Part shown: one piece after another, positions 1-10,243 of the stretch | Layout of the letters: each line of letters begins with the position of its first letter | Position numbering within the stretch: position 1 is the first letter of the stretch | Assembly: GCA_013166775.1 (NCBI GenBank) | Contig: JABLTJ010000001.1 | Coordinates: forward strand, 1 to 64,000 | Direction of reading: 5' to 3' | DNA: 64,000 nucleotides | Origin: Promethearchaeati archaeon | Lineage (GTDB): Archaea > Asgardarchaeota > Heimdallarchaeia > Heimdallarchaeales > Heimdallarchaeaceae | The notes under the pieces: generated by a model | Database searches by the model: none | Told to the model about the DNA's origin: nothing | The model's input: only the letters and a program-made list of their open reading frames with translations | Position numbers and translations under genes: made by a program

Positions 1-1395
1 GCTTTCCTTTTTAGCAAACCATGACGCAATATGATTCGCACGTGCTTCGTTGAGGACAATGGTTTGTTTAACTGCTGTTGGAATTTCGTTGAAAAGCTTC
101 CTTGCATTAGCATACTCCTCCCTATCCAGTTCCCCAGATATTTTCCCTAATTCCAAACCTATATCCCACATTGAAATTGTTTGTGCTGTGTAAGTTTTTG
201 TTGCTGCAACCCCTATTTCTGGTCCAGAGTATAAGTAAACAACTTCATCAGAATGACGCGTCACAGTGCTTCCAATTACATTAACTGCTGCTAATATTTT
301 TGCACCAACTTCTTTTCCTTGTTTAATTGCCATAATGGTGTCCATTGTTTCTCCACTCTGACTAACGGGAAGAATAACAGTGTTTTCATCTACTAGTGGG
401 CGTATTGTTTCGTATTCAGATGAAATAATGGAACTGCAAAGTTTCTTTGCATATTTGCGGATAAGATTTTCACCTGTTAATGTTGAGTAATGTGCTGTTC
501 CTGCAGCTAATAAGAAGACTTTTTCTGCTTCGTAGATTTTTTCCGCTATCTTTCTAACGGATGGTTGTTTAATTCTGATGTAATCTGCTAATGAATTCGG
601 TTGTTCATGAATTTCCTTGAGCATAAAATGTGGAAAACCTCCCTTTTGAGCCATTTCAGGTTTCCACGAAATTGTGTATGGCTTTCGAGCTACCTTGTTA
701 TTTGTCTTTAAGTCTATAATTTCATAATCATCCTTTGTTATTGTTACAAATTCTTCATCATGCAACAATACAACTTGCTGAGTGTAAGATAGAAATGCTG
801 GTATATCTGAAGCACAAAACATGCGATCGTTATTAATTCCAATAACTAATGGACTGTCTTTCTTAGCACAGAAAATCTTGTCTGGTTCTAAAGTTGAGAT
901 AACACAGACTCCATAAGTTCCTTCGATTCTCTCAATAGCTTGTATGATTGCTTCTTTTAGAGACAAATTTTCAGCTTCAATATACTCTTCTATTAAATGT
1001 GGAATTATCTCAGTATCTGTATCTGATTGGAATTTATGCCCTTTTTCAAGTAGTTCTTTTTTTAATAGCTGAAAATTCTCAATTATACCATTATGAATAA
1101 CGGATATCTGATTTTTACAATCTACATGAGGATGAGCATTTTCTTTGCTTGGTGGTCCGTGTGTTGCCCATCTTGTGTGCCCAATCGCGATTCTACCTTG
1201 AATTTTTGCAAGATCAATCTTTTCTAAAACCTCTGCAATCTTACCTTGATCTTTCTGAATCACTATTTCTCCATTTGTTATGGATGCAATCCCAACACTA
1301 TCATAACCTCGATATTCTAGATTGGTTAAAGATTCTACAATCTCTTTACCAATGTTTGAATCTGAGTTCTGAACTATACCTACGATACCACACAT
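1..1395 (-). CDS. glmS: Glutamine--fructose-6-phosphate transaminase (isomerizing), 3' end runs off the window
   Basis: Not in ORF track. Manual minus-strand translation from ATG at 1395 gives MCGIVGIV...LEYRGYDSVG...IGHTRWATHG...HNGIIENF, the N-terminal Cys Ntn glutaminase domain; SQSGETMDT and VAATKTY of the SIS domain follow. Confidence 0.96.
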   Translation of the reverse strand, partial: MCGIVGIVQNSDSNIGKEIVESLTNLEYRGYDSVGIASITNGEIVIQKDQGKIAEVLEKIDLAKIQGRIAIGHTRWATHGPPSKENAHPHVDCKNQISVIHNGIIENFQLLKKELLEKGHKFQSDTDTEIIPHLIEEYIEAENLSLKEAIIQAIERIEGTYGVCVISTLEPDKIFCAKKDSPLVIGINNDRMFCASDIPAFLSYTQQVVLLHDEEFVTITKDDYEIIDLKTNNKVARKPYTISWKPEMAQKGGFPHFMLKEIHEQPNSLADYIRIKQPSVRKIAEKIYEAEKVFLLAAGTAHYSTLTGENLIRKYAKKLCSSIISSEYETIRPLVDENTVILPVSQSGETMDTIMAIKQGKEVGAKILAAVNVIGSTVTRHSDEVVYLYSGPEIGVAATKTYTAQTISMWDIGLELGKISGELDREEYANARKLFNEIPTAVKQTIVLNEARANHIASWFAKKES

Positions 1396-1509
1396 ATACA
1401 ACACTTTTTTGATAATACACTGATAAGGTAAACTGTTTTCACTGAATTTTACTCTAAATTAGTTAAAAACCTTTCTGTTATGATAATAATCTTCATAAAT
1501 TTTCTTCTC

Positions 1510-2637
1510 TTATTTGAGAATTTGCTTCTTTACATCCTCTAGCATGTTTAGATTCTTCTTTAGTACCAATTTCAGTTTGTCAATACTGGGAGTAACTGTT
1601 GGATCGACTTCATAGAGAATAGCAAGGTAAATACTCACAAAGTCAATTAGATAAGTAGAACTCAACTGTTTAGCTAAAATGGATTTTCCTTGTGAATAAA
1701 TTTCCAGCACTTTCTCTGTTCTATCACTTGCCAATTTCTTTGTTTCTTCTATTCTGATTTTTAGTGGTTTGGATTCCTCCTTTTCTCGAAAGAAAACAAA
1801 AGCTACATCATTCAAAGCTCTATCTGGATTATCAAATACTACAATTCCATTATGATTATGTTCTGGAATCTCTTCATTAAGAGCTACAATTTTACTGTTC
1901 TCGTTGAATTCACATTTTGCTCTATATGCTACTGGAGAATATATGGTGTTCCCCAAGAAAATTGGTAGCGTGTTAAACAACCCATACGCAATCTTTTTTG
2001 GAACATTATCTTCTGTGGAAATTGAAGGTGAATATTCAGGTGCTAATTTCCTTAGAAGTTTTTCAGTTTCAATTATATCTTCTGCAATACTAGGAACTAT
2101 GTTTAGTTTCTCAAGTAGTGTGATTAAAGTAATGTAAATTAGTGGTAAACTACTTCTGGGAGGTATTCCTTCTTTGATTTTAAGATGAGGGACACCTGTT
2201 GTTTTGGAAAATTCTTCCAAAGCACCTGATGAAGAAATAGTAATTATCATTGAACCTTTTTGTAACGCATCTAGATATCTTGAAAGCGTTTCTTCTGTGT
2301 TTCCAGAGTAACTGATGCAAATAACTAATGAGTTTTCATCAGCAAAAGAAGGTAGGTAATAATCTCTGCTTACGATTAATGGGATTCTCAATTCCTTTTC
2401 GAATAATCTAGCTACATAATCACCTGCGATTGCAGATCCACCCATTCCACATATAATTATGTTTGTTGGTTCTTTGAATTTGAAGAGCCTATCTTTCCAT
2501 TGAAAACTTTGTGGAATTTTAAATTTCAAACTTTTTTCTCTTGCTTCATGAACAAATTTAGCCCAATCTTCCATAATCCCTAGCTGATTGGATTTATCAT
2601 ACTTCACAATTAGATTCTTATCATCTAAATCTATCAT
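1510..2637 (-). CDS. Bifunctional phosphoglucose/phosphomannose isomerase
   Basis: SIS motifs GMGGSAIAGD, SYSGNTEETL, ENSK and PEHNHNG. Confidence 0.9.
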   Translation of the reverse strand: MIDLDDKNLIVKYDKSNQLGIMEDWAKFVHEAREKSLKFKIPQSFQWKDRLFKFKEPTNIIICGMGGSAIAGDYVARLFEKELRIPLIVSRDYYLPSFADENSLVICISYSGNTEETLSRYLDALQKGSMIITISSSGALEEFSKTTGVPHLKIKEGIPPRSSLPLIYITLITLLEKLNIVPSIAEDIIETEKLLRKLAPEYSPSISTEDNVPKKIAYGLFNTLPIFLGNTIYSPVAYRAKCEFNENSKIVALNEEIPEHNHNGIVVFDNPDRALNDVAFVFFREKEESKPLKIRIEETKKLASDRTEKVLEIYSQGKSILAKQLSSTYLIDFVSIYLAILYEVDPTVTPSIDKLKLVLKKNLNMLEDVKKQILK

Positions 2638-2670
2638 TTTTTCACTCTCTCTTTGATTCTCCTTTTGTAA

Positions 2671-3480
2671 CTAGGATGATAGTTTTTCGCCCTTCTCCCA
2701 TAGATATTCGAAATTGTTTGTGAAAAGCTCAATAATACCAAGATTAGAGGAAAAGTGTGGTCGGTAAACATACTTTTCTTGTTTTACAGGAGACACCCAA
2801 ATAACAAAAACAACCTGTTCTTGGTCTACAAGTGTTCCCCTAGCTAGAACAGAACCACTAGTAATAGTTCTGATTTTTGCTCCAATGGATGAGAGATCTT
2901 TAGCTATTTGTTTAGATGTATCATCCTCAATACTCATCAAAACACGTATTGATATTCCTCTCTCCGATGCTTTTTCTAACGCTGCTTCCACTTGGTTAAA
3001 CCAGTAAAAAACGTTAGTAAAAATACAAATCTCATTGTTAGCTTTTTCAATAATTTCTGCAGTTTTAACTTGCATTTCCCCTAATGAGGAATATGCTTCA
3101 AGAAGTTCATCTGGCTTGATTATTAGCTGAGATTGATAATCTGGGTCACTAAGTAAGGATACAATTTCCTCTGATATTCTTCCTATACTAGTTAATTCTT
3201 CCTGATACTCCTGATCTCGAAATCTGAGAAAATTCTTTAATCCTTCTTCAAGATTAAGTGCAACAAACCTCTTAGGTCTTCCTGAAATTATGCGAACCAG
3301 ACCCTTTTTCTGTAAACTTTCTATTGTGTCATAAATTCGAGGCGTAGGTATATCTGTTTGTTTATGAATTTCCTCTGCAGTGGATTCAGATAACGCTATT
3401 AGGGTTTTGAGAGTTTTAATTTCATATAAAGTTAAACCAAGAGCCTTTAACTTCAAGTCAATTTGATCAGGATCAGACAT
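2671..3480 (-). CDS. TrmB-family transcriptional regulator
   Basis: N-terminal TrmB HTH (LGLTLYE...IPTPRIYDTIESLQKKGLV...GRPKRF) plus PLD-like effector domain; ATG at 3480 preferred to TTG at 3501. Confidence 0.88.
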   Translation of the reverse strand: MSDPDQIDLKLKALGLTLYEIKTLKTLIALSESTAEEIHKQTDIPTPRIYDTIESLQKKGLVRIISGRPKRFVALNLEEGLKNFLRFRDQEYQEELTSIGRISEEIVSLLSDPDYQSQLIIKPDELLEAYSSLGEMQVKTAEIIEKANNEICIFTNVFYWFNQVEAALEKASERGISIRVLMSIEDDTSKQIAKDLSSIGAKIRTITSGSVLARGTLVDQEQVVFVIWVSPVKQEKYVYRPHFSSNLGIIELFTNNFEYLWEKGEKLSS

Positions 3481-3612
3481 TAGTTTTACTCCAAGATGCA
3501 ATCTATGAAGAAAGATATATAAATTGCTCGTAAGTAGAACGACAAAGGATAAGATTAATTACCTAAAAATTTAAAATCAGAACTAACGGGTTAGAAATTG
3601 CAAATAAAAGCT

Positions 3613-3690
3613 GGGGCAGTGGTCTAGCTCGGTTATGACAACTCCCTTACGCGGAGTAGGTCGGCGGTTCAAATCCGCTCTGCCCCACCA
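3613..3690 (+). tRNA. tRNA-Val(TAC)
   Basis: GGGGCAG/CTGCCCC acceptor stem, ACTCC-CTTACGC-GGAGT anticodon arm, GGTTCAAATCC T-arm, encoded CCA. Confidence 0.96.
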
Positions 3691-3806
3691 ATTCTTCAAA
3701 CTCTTGCTGAGTTTATATAGATATTTTTACAAGAAAACTGAGATAAATGTTAGTACAATATTGTCTGAAAAAGTTGATAATTAAGAAGAAAAAAGGGAGT
3801 CCAATA

Positions 3807-3923
3807 TTGGAAGAAATTTTACTCATAGGTATTGTTATTCTCATCTTTGCCATAATATTTGGGTTAATATTCAGCTTGGTTGATTGGTCTTCAACAAAAC
3901 AAGGTGAATTCTTTAATTGGTAA
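3807..3923 (+). CDS. Putative 38-aa single-pass membrane peptide
   Basis: Not in ORF track. TTG start about 8 nt after GGGAG; translation (M)EEILLIGIVILIFAIIFGLIFSLVDWSSTKQGEFFNW*, with about 21 consecutive mostly hydrophobic residues. Confidence 0.5.
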   Translation: MEEILLIGIVILIFAIIFGLIFSLVDWSSTKQGEFFNW

Positions 3924-4037
3924 TGCTTAGGAAATTTGATGAGTTTTTAAAGAATAATTATACTAGATGATTCGAAGCTAGCAGTTATAACACACACTAG
4001 TTCTCAACCACAATCTTGTACTAGCTTCCTCCCCTTA

Positions 4038-5138
4038 TCATCTGCATTTGGCTTCTATTTCTTGGCCTGTGGTTAAGTAGAGCTTACCCATTAAGTTTGT
4101 AGCCAAACAAGCGTGAACTGGAATGATTAACAACACATCTCCTATATTTACTTCGTTGAAATATTCAACATTCAATTTGATAGTACCATGTTCCTGGCTA
4201 ATAGAAGTAACATATGAATCTTCTATCTTGGACTCCCATTTTCCATCAATTTCCTTTGTGATATAACCATAAATTTTCCTCTGGTTATCGTCTAAAATAT
4301 AATCTTTGGAGAAGTGAATTGCTCCACCATCAATAAGAACTTCGTTTCGATCCTCATATTTTGCAACAATTGGACATGCAAAGCGGATAGCGATTTCATT
4401 TTCAGAACATGAACTAATTTGGACTTGTTTTAAATCATAGAAAACGAAATTACCCGGTCTTATCTCATCTACACTTGAAAACTCATCAACAATGCTTACA
4501 GTTGGGGTATCACCAACAGAGATTTCAATATTGAAGAAACCTTTTTCTGTTAGATACATTTGGATTGTTTCCATTTTACTAATAGAGTCGATATGAACTT
4601 GAACAATTTCAACCTTTGTTCTTGATTTGTAAGAATGACCTGCGTGGGTAAGTATACCTTTCAAAACTAAAATCTTGGAATCCTCAATTAATCTCGCTAG
4701 TCTAGTTATTTTATCCCATTTATCCCATTTAATTCCATCCCTATGATATCCAACATCAATATTAATCCAGACCTTTACTTCTGATTCTAACTCATTTTCC
4801 AGAAATCGAATAACGTTTTCTGATTCAACAAGTAAATTCAAATCAATTTTCTTTGCCAGATTATTGATTTTTTCTATTTCCAGAATATTAACAGGAAAAG
4901 CAATAGTAATATCGTCCCATCCTGCATTAGCAAAACATTCTGCCATTTTTACAGAAGAAACAGTAATTGAACTAACTCCAAATTCCTTAAACCATTCCCC
5001 TATTACTGCAGATTGATGTGTTTTGAAATGTGGACGAAATCTAACATGATTCTTTTTTGCTTTTTCAATCATCTTACTTATATTTCGATATACTTGATTC
5101 TTGTTAACTAACAAAATTGGAGTAATAATCTTCATCAT
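4038..5138 (-). CDS. PLP-dependent D-threonine aldolase/D-serine dehydratase family (alanine racemase fold)
   Basis: RPHFKTH (PLP lysine), HRDG, HAGHSY, EIRPGNFVFYD, SQEHG and PVHAC motifs. Confidence 0.88.
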   Translation of the reverse strand: MMKIITPILLVNKNQVYRNISKMIEKAKKNHVRFRPHFKTHQSAVIGEWFKEFGVSSITVSSVKMAECFANAGWDDITIAFPVNILEIEKINNLAKKIDLNLLVESENVIRFLENELESEVKVWINIDVGYHRDGIKWDKWDKITRLARLIEDSKILVLKGILTHAGHSYKSRTKVEIVQVHIDSISKMETIQMYLTEKGFFNIEISVGDTPTVSIVDEFSSVDEIRPGNFVFYDLKQVQISSCSENEIAIRFACPIVAKYEDRNEVLIDGGAIHFSKDYILDDNQRKIYGYITKEIDGKWESKIEDSYVTSISQEHGTIKLNVEYFNEVNIGDVLLIIPVHACLATNLMGKLYLTTGQEIEAKCR

Positions 5139-5151
5139 TTTTCCCCTCTAA

Positions 5152-5925
5152 TCACGCATCGAATAATTCCAAAACTCTCTTTGGAACTTGAGCTCCTATT
5201 TTTGTTCTCCCAAGATGAGGACCTAATTCAGGGATTAATCCATCTGCTCTAGTTCCTTTTTTACATACTAATCTATATTCAAGTAATCCTATTCTTTCAA
5301 TAATCTCTATATCTTCAACATGTTCGGTTCGAATAAGTGCTTGTTTAATCATCCTTCTTGTAGTTCCACAAAGAATTAATGCTTCTTTTTCTCTTTCTAG
5401 AGAGTCAAATATCCAATCTAAAGATTGTTCTGTTAACTCTACCCATATTTTCCCCCCTAATATTTCGCGTTTAGTAATTTCAAAAAACATTGGCAGGTTC
5501 TCAACTATGCCAAATGCTCTTAGTATGTTCATCAACGGAACCTTATTTCCATCAGCAAGTTGCTCTCTCATTGCAAATAAAGGGTATAAAGCATCAATGT
5601 TTTGTTTTGAAGTTTCTAATCCAGCATCAACAAAGGAACCGAATTTTACTCCACCGACATCTTTGAATCTCCCGAGTATCTGATCACCGACATTTATGGT
5701 GGATATGCTTCTTTTTGAGCCATGATTGTTGATAAGAAAATTCTTAGCCATGACTTCATCATTGCCATCTAGAGTAATTTCTGCATATTTTTCTTTATTA
5801 AATTCAATCTTGACAATTTCTACATCTAGATTTTCTAACTCTTCACTTAAGATGTAATCTAATGCTTTGGCTGAACTATGTTTAGCAACATTGTAGGTTT
5901 TTTCTAAGATAGTAAATTGCAACAA
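5152..5925 (-). CDS. DUF2110-like conserved archaeal protein
   Basis: G.VKFG.FVD.G and IERIGLLE..LVCK.GT.A.GLIP..G pattern; adjacent to trm56. Confidence 0.65.
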   Translation of the reverse strand: MLQFTILEKTYNVAKHSSAKALDYILSEELENLDVEIVKIEFNKEKYAEITLDGNDEVMAKNFLINNHGSKRSISTINVGDQILGRFKDVGGVKFGSFVDAGLETSKQNIDALYPLFAMREQLADGNKVPLMNILRAFGIVENLPMFFEITKREILGGKIWVELTEQSLDWIFDSLEREKEALILCGTTRRMIKQALIRTEHVEDIEIIERIGLLEYRLVCKKGTRADGLIPELGPHLGRTKIGAQVPKRVLELFDA

Positions 5926-5930
5926 ATCTA

Positions 5931-6467
5931 TTACTTCCTGTTTGCTTCTGCTTGTTTTCCTCGCTCAGTTGGGACAATATTAATCTTGGCGTCAGAGTGC
6001 TTTTTTTTCCTTGCCTCTCCTTTGCTCAAATTATCAAGAAATACTGACAAAGCTGCGATTTCACTGTGGGGTTGATGTCCAATTGCCACATTATAATTTG
6101 CTAACTGATAAATGAAACCTGGAACTTTTGCCCCTCCAACAACAACAAGTAAATCTTTGTCTAACATATTCCTCATGCTTTCTATAAAGTTTGACAATTC
6201 AATACCATACATTGTTAGATGAATTATGATTCCACCTTTTTTCTTCCATTCTTTTATAAAATTCGAAGGTTTCTCAAGGTATTCAACATTGAATACTCCA
6301 CCCCATTCAAGTGCAACATCATTAATGCTTTCTTCTACCCCACCATCATGATCACCAGAATAGAAGAAAGATGATGCACCAAAAGCTCTAGCTGTTAAAG
6401 CTAGATGTGTTGTCATCCTCTTGTCTCTTATTATCCTATGTAAGAGTCGGAGTACAGCTAGAACCAT
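5931..6467 (-). CDS. trm56: tRNA (cytidine(56)-2'-O)-methyltransferase
   Basis: HR..RDKRMTTHLALTARAFGA, HLTMYG, VGGAKVP and QPHSEIAAL motifs. Confidence 0.95.
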   Translation of the reverse strand: MVLAVLRLLHRIIRDKRMTTHLALTARAFGASSFFYSGDHDGGVEESINDVALEWGGVFNVEYLEKPSNFIKEWKKKGGIIIHLTMYGIELSNFIESMRNMLDKDLLVVVGGAKVPGFIYQLANYNVAIGHQPHSEIAALSVFLDNLSKGEARKKKHSDAKINIVPTERGKQAEANRK

Positions 6468-6650
6468 AACTTTGGATTAAACAAATAAAACTTAAAGTTG
6501 GTGTTTCAGAAGTTATTCGATAACTTTGTTTTGATATAAAATGAATTAATTAGTTTTTTCTATTATGTTTTAAAGTTCTGTAAAACTCAAGTATACCAAA
6601 AAAACTCTTTTATATTCATATACTTTAGACTATAATGAGAAATAATAAGG

Positions 6651-7853
6651 GTGCTGAAGCTGTCAAAAGATAGGGTTAAACCTGACCAAAATGATCCCGC
6701 TTACTTAATATCGTATGCACATCATCTTGAACGTCAAGCAAGACAATTAGAAACTGAAAAACAAATGGTTGAAAGCGAAAGGCTTCGGCTACAAAGGGAG
6801 GTTAATAATCTCAAAGTAGAGCTAGAAAGATTAAGATCCCCTCCATTGTTTATGGGATATATTGTCGAAGTACTTGATAATAAATCTGCAGTAGTTAGAA
6901 GCACTACTGGTCCAAACTTGGTGGTATCTATATCACGCCAAGTTGATGTTAATGAGCTTAAACCAGATACAAGAGTTGCATTAAATCAACGAACTTTTGC
7001 TATAGTAAATACCTTACCTTCAACCCAAGATCCAATGGTTCAGAAGATGGAATTAATCGAAAAACCAAATGAAAAATATTCAGATATTGGAGGATTGGAG
7101 GATCAAATTCAAGAATTAAAGGAGACAGTAGAACTTCCATTGTTAAAACCTGAACTATTCGAAAAGATTGGTATTGATCCACCTAAAGGTGTCTTGTTAC
7201 ATGGACCCCCTGGAACTGGGAAAACTCTTTTGGCCAAAGCAGTAGCTAATGAAACACAAGCTGCGTTTATCAGACTCATAGGAAGTGAATTGGTTCAGAA
7301 ATTCATAGGAGAAGGGGCAAGATTAGTAAGAGAAATCTTTGAATTTGCTCGAGAAAATGCACCTAGCATCTTATTTATTGATGAATTAGATGCTATTGGT
7401 AGCAGAAGATTGGATTTAGCAACCAGCGGAGATCGAGAAGTACAAAGAACTTTGATGCAATTACTCTCTGAATTGGATGGTTTCAATCCAAGAGGAGATG
7501 TTAAAGTTGTAGCAGCAACAAACAGGATAGATATCTTAGATCCTGCTATGCTACGTCCTGGAAGATTCGATAGAATTATTGAGATACCAATGCCAAATGG
7601 TGAAAGCCGTACAGAAATATTCAAAATTCATTCATCAGGAATGAACCTTAAAGGAGATATCGACATCGATTATCTTGTTCAAATGACAGAAGGATCAAGT
7701 GGTGCAGATATCAAAAACATCTGCACAGAAGCAGGTATGTTTGCGATTAGAACCAATAAAGATCATGTGATTAATGATGATTTCCTGGATGCAATCAAGA
7801 AAATCACTGGAGAGAAAGAAACAACTGCTAGAGTAACTACTGGTTTTATCTAA
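6651..7853 (+). CDS. pan: Proteasome-activating nucleotidase
   Basis: N-terminal coiled coil and OB domain, [32 protein letters not shown]. Confidence 0.96.
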   Translation: MLKLSKDRVKPDQNDPAYLISYAHHLERQARQLETEKQMVESERLRLQREVNNLKVELERLRSPPLFMGYIVEVLDNKSAVVRSTTGPNLVVSISRQVDVNELKPDTRVALNQRTFAIVNTLPSTQDPMVQKMELIEKPNEKYSDIGGLEDQIQELKETVELPLLKPELFEKIGIDPPKGVLLHGPPGTGKTLLAKAVANETQAAFIRLIGSELVQKFIGEGARLVREIFEFARENAPSILFIDELDAIGSRRLDLATSGDREVQRTLMQLLSELDGFNPRGDVKVVAATNRIDILDPAMLRPGRFDRIIEIPMPNGESRTEIFKIHSSGMNLKGDIDIDYLVQMTEGSSGADIKNICTEAGMFAIRTNKDHVINDDFLDAIKKITGEKETTARVTTGFI

Positions 7854-7872
7854 GAAAATATTCTCACAAAAA

Positions 7873-8406
7873 TCAGATTTTCTTACCATGAGATATCATT
7901 TTTTCAATTAGCTCTCTCTGTTTGTAGAATCCTTTAACAACATGAGATTCTGATCCAAATTTCTCAATGAATCTCCCTAACGTCTCTTCAAAAGTACATC
8001 TTTGCATTCCACAAACAAGATTATCAGAGAAAGAAACAATTAACTCTTCAGCAGTTTGAGGGAAATAATCCTGTGAAGGCAAACCTAATTCATTCGCCTC
8101 TTCTTCAGTAATTCCTGTTCCTATGTGTTTCAAAACAATGGATAAAATACGTGGATTCAACCCTTCATTTTCAAGAATTGCTACTCCCTTAACTGCATGA
8201 AAAATGGAGTGGGTTACTGATCTGCCTATGTCGTGCAACATAGAACCTGCAATTACTAATTGGGTATCTATATCAGATATTCTTTGACAGAATCCTTCAG
8301 CAATTTTAGTTACGCACAAACAGTGTTGAATAATTTGAGGTGGTGTATTATGTCTTTTTAAAATCTCTAGACACTGATTTTTAGAAGGTATATGAGTATC
8401 TGTCAT
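7873..8406 (-). CDS. HD-domain metal-dependent phosphohydrolase
   Basis: H...LHDIGR...HA..G...HIGTGIT pattern. Confidence 0.85.
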   Translation of the reverse strand: MTDTHIPSKNQCLEILKRHNTPPQIIQHCLCVTKIAEGFCQRISDIDTQLVIAGSMLHDIGRSVTHSIFHAVKGVAILENEGLNPRILSIVLKHIGTGITEEEANELGLPSQDYFPQTAEELIVSFSDNLVCGMQRCTFEETLGRFIEKFGSESHVVKGFYKQRELIEKMISHGKKI

Positions 8407-8521
8407 TGGCTCTACGCAGCAATATGTCTAAATGATACTTTTATAGTTTTTTGAAGTCAAACAAAAAACAATTGAATCAAAACTTTTTTAAGAAAAATCT
8501 AAAGATACATCACGATAGAAA

Positions 8522-8734
8522 ATGCCTCAAGAGATTACAAAAGATAGATTAGAAGAAATCATTCAATTAACCATTGAACATGGAGGAGAGCTTCGTACAA
8601 AAAGAAGTAAAGATACAATTAAGTTAAAATTCAGAACCAAAAAACGTCTTTATACCATCAAATTGCCTTTAAGAGAGGCTGAATCTCTCATCAATGATCT
8701 TTCTTCAAAAATGAATGTTGAATCATTTTCATAA
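8522..8734 (+). CDS. rpl38e: 50S ribosomal protein eL38 (L38e)
   Basis: MPQEI...IKLKFRTKKRLYTIKL...AESL matches the recalled eL38 pattern MP.EI...KFKVR..R.LYTL. Confidence 0.8.
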   Translation: MPQEITKDRLEEIIQLTIEHGGELRTKRSKDTIKLKFRTKKRLYTIKLPLREAESLINDLSSKMNVESFS

Positions 8735-8744
8735 AAGTGAATAG

Positions 8745-9266
8745 CTAGTCTTCATCATTCTTCTTTTTTATAACCACAATATCGCCAAGAGTTTGAAAAG
8801 CTGACCCTTGTTTCTGATCTTGAGGTCTGTAAGCTTTTACTTCCTCAGTGATTTTTATATCAAAGAATTTTTCTAGTTTTTCTATTATCTTATCGGGAGG
8901 TCTCATTTTTCCTGTTTCAATGCTTTGAAGCTCTGAAACGGATACTTTGGTTTGAATCGAAACATCTTTTTGACTTAATTTCATTTTTTGCCTAGCTAAT
9001 CTTATACGTTCATGATAATCAGGTACTAGTTCATTTTCCCCCCTAGCGATTACAGATTTTGAGCTACTAGAAGATGAATATCTCGAAGGGGATGTTCTTC
9101 TCTGAATAGCAGGTTGAGCACTTGTTCTGGTTCTTGTGGGTTTTTGTTGAGTTACCTTTTTCCCATGTTTTGCACAAGAAGGACATACTTCTAGAACAGC
9201 TCCTTCAATTTCAATTTTTATGGGCCTTGCGTATATTTCTTGACCACACATTTCACATGTTGCCAA
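8745..9266 (-). CDS. mbf1: Archaeal multiprotein bridging factor 1 (Zn ribbon + HTH)
   Basis: CEMCG...IEGAVLEVCPSC, Cro-type HTH, C-terminal TLGD. Confidence 0.92.
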   Translation of the reverse strand: MATCEMCGQEIYARPIKIEIEGAVLEVCPSCAKHGKKVTQQKPTRTRTSAQPAIQRRTSPSRYSSSSSSKSVIARGENELVPDYHERIRLARQKMKLSQKDVSIQTKVSVSELQSIETGKMRPPDKIIEKLEKFFDIKITEEVKAYRPQDQKQGSAFQTLGDIVVIKKKNDED

Positions 9267-9393
9267 TTTTATTCACCGTAAGAATCATGCTTTTGTCTAA
9301 AAAATTAAGACAAATTCAAAAACATTTTTCTATGAGAGTAAATGAACTGATAATGAACAGCTAAAAAGCTACCCATTATATGGTGTCGAGATA

Positions 9394-9744
9394 ATGTCTA
9401 TGGATTTTTGCCCAAAATGTGGAAAATTACTTCAAACTGAGAAAGATAAGAAAGGCAACACTGTTGTTATCTGTTACAAATGTGGATATAAAAGACAACT
9501 AGAAGAGGATGAAAACGTAACTCTGACGGAAGAAATAAAACATGACATGGTCAAAGAGATGACAGTTGTCTTTGATAAAACTGAAATTGATACAACCAAA
9601 CCAGTTAAAGAGATGTATTGCCCAAAATGTGAACAAAATCAGAAGATTAGTTTCTGGATGATTCAAACAAGAAGTGCAGATGAATCACCTACAAGATTCT
9701 TTAGATGTACAGCCTGTGATGAAACATGGCGTGAATATGATTGA
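9394..9744 (+). CDS. tfs: Transcription elongation factor TFS
   Basis: Two Zn ribbons and QTRSADESPTRFFRC..C...WREY with intact acidic DE pair. Confidence 0.95.
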   Translation: MSMDFCPKCGKLLQTEKDKKGNTVVICYKCGYKRQLEEDENVTLTEEIKHDMVKEMTVVFDKTEIDTTKPVKEMYCPKCEQNQKISFWMIQTRSADESPTRFFRCTACDETWREYD

Positions 9745-9757
9745 TGGAAGTTGAAAT

Positions 9758-10129
9758 ATGAGTAAGAAAGAAGAATCAGAAGAATATGAAAGCGAAATAA
9801 GAAAATACTCTAGAGCTAATCCTTTTGTTGAAACTAATATTGCGGAAATTTCAAAACCAGGAAAATATAGAATAATAGGATCCATTGTGAGTTTTGAAGG
9901 AAACACAATTGTTGTCTCCGATGAAACAGAAGAAATTACTGTTGATGTAACAGAATTAGTAGATCAAGATTTTAAAGAAGGAGTACAGCTCCAAATTCTT
10001 GGGTTTGCTGAATTTGAACCTGAGAAAAGATTCAAAGCTATCATCGTTCAAGATTTCAGTGAAGTCAACATCGAGTTATATAGGCAAGTTAGAGAGCTTG
10101 AACAATCTTTAAGAAAAAATTCTCCATAG
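9758..10129 (+). CDS. Replication protein A small subunit (Rpa3/RPA14-like OB fold)
   Basis: P.VE..I.EI...RIIG...D...I.V...IVQDFS...E.....RELE pattern as recalled for Thermococcales Rpa3; next to PCNA and GINS. Confidence 0.72.
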   Translation: MSKKEESEEYESEIRKYSRANPFVETNIAEISKPGKYRIIGSIVSFEGNTIVVSDETEEITVDVTELVDQDFKEGVQLQILGFAEFEPEKRFKAIIVQDFSEVNIELYRQVRELEQSLRKNSP

Positions 10130-10243
10130 AATCTTATTAGGCGATTTCCTTATATATTGAAAAGTTATTGGAAAGAAAGAGGATACTTAGCTGAAAGCAT
10201 TATATATTTAAATCATCAGAACCAGAAAAAATGAGGTAATAAA

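Noticed and set aside
1396-1509. glmS ribozyme upstream of glmS
   Set aside because: The spacer is short and AT-rich, with no recognisable ribozyme core or stems.
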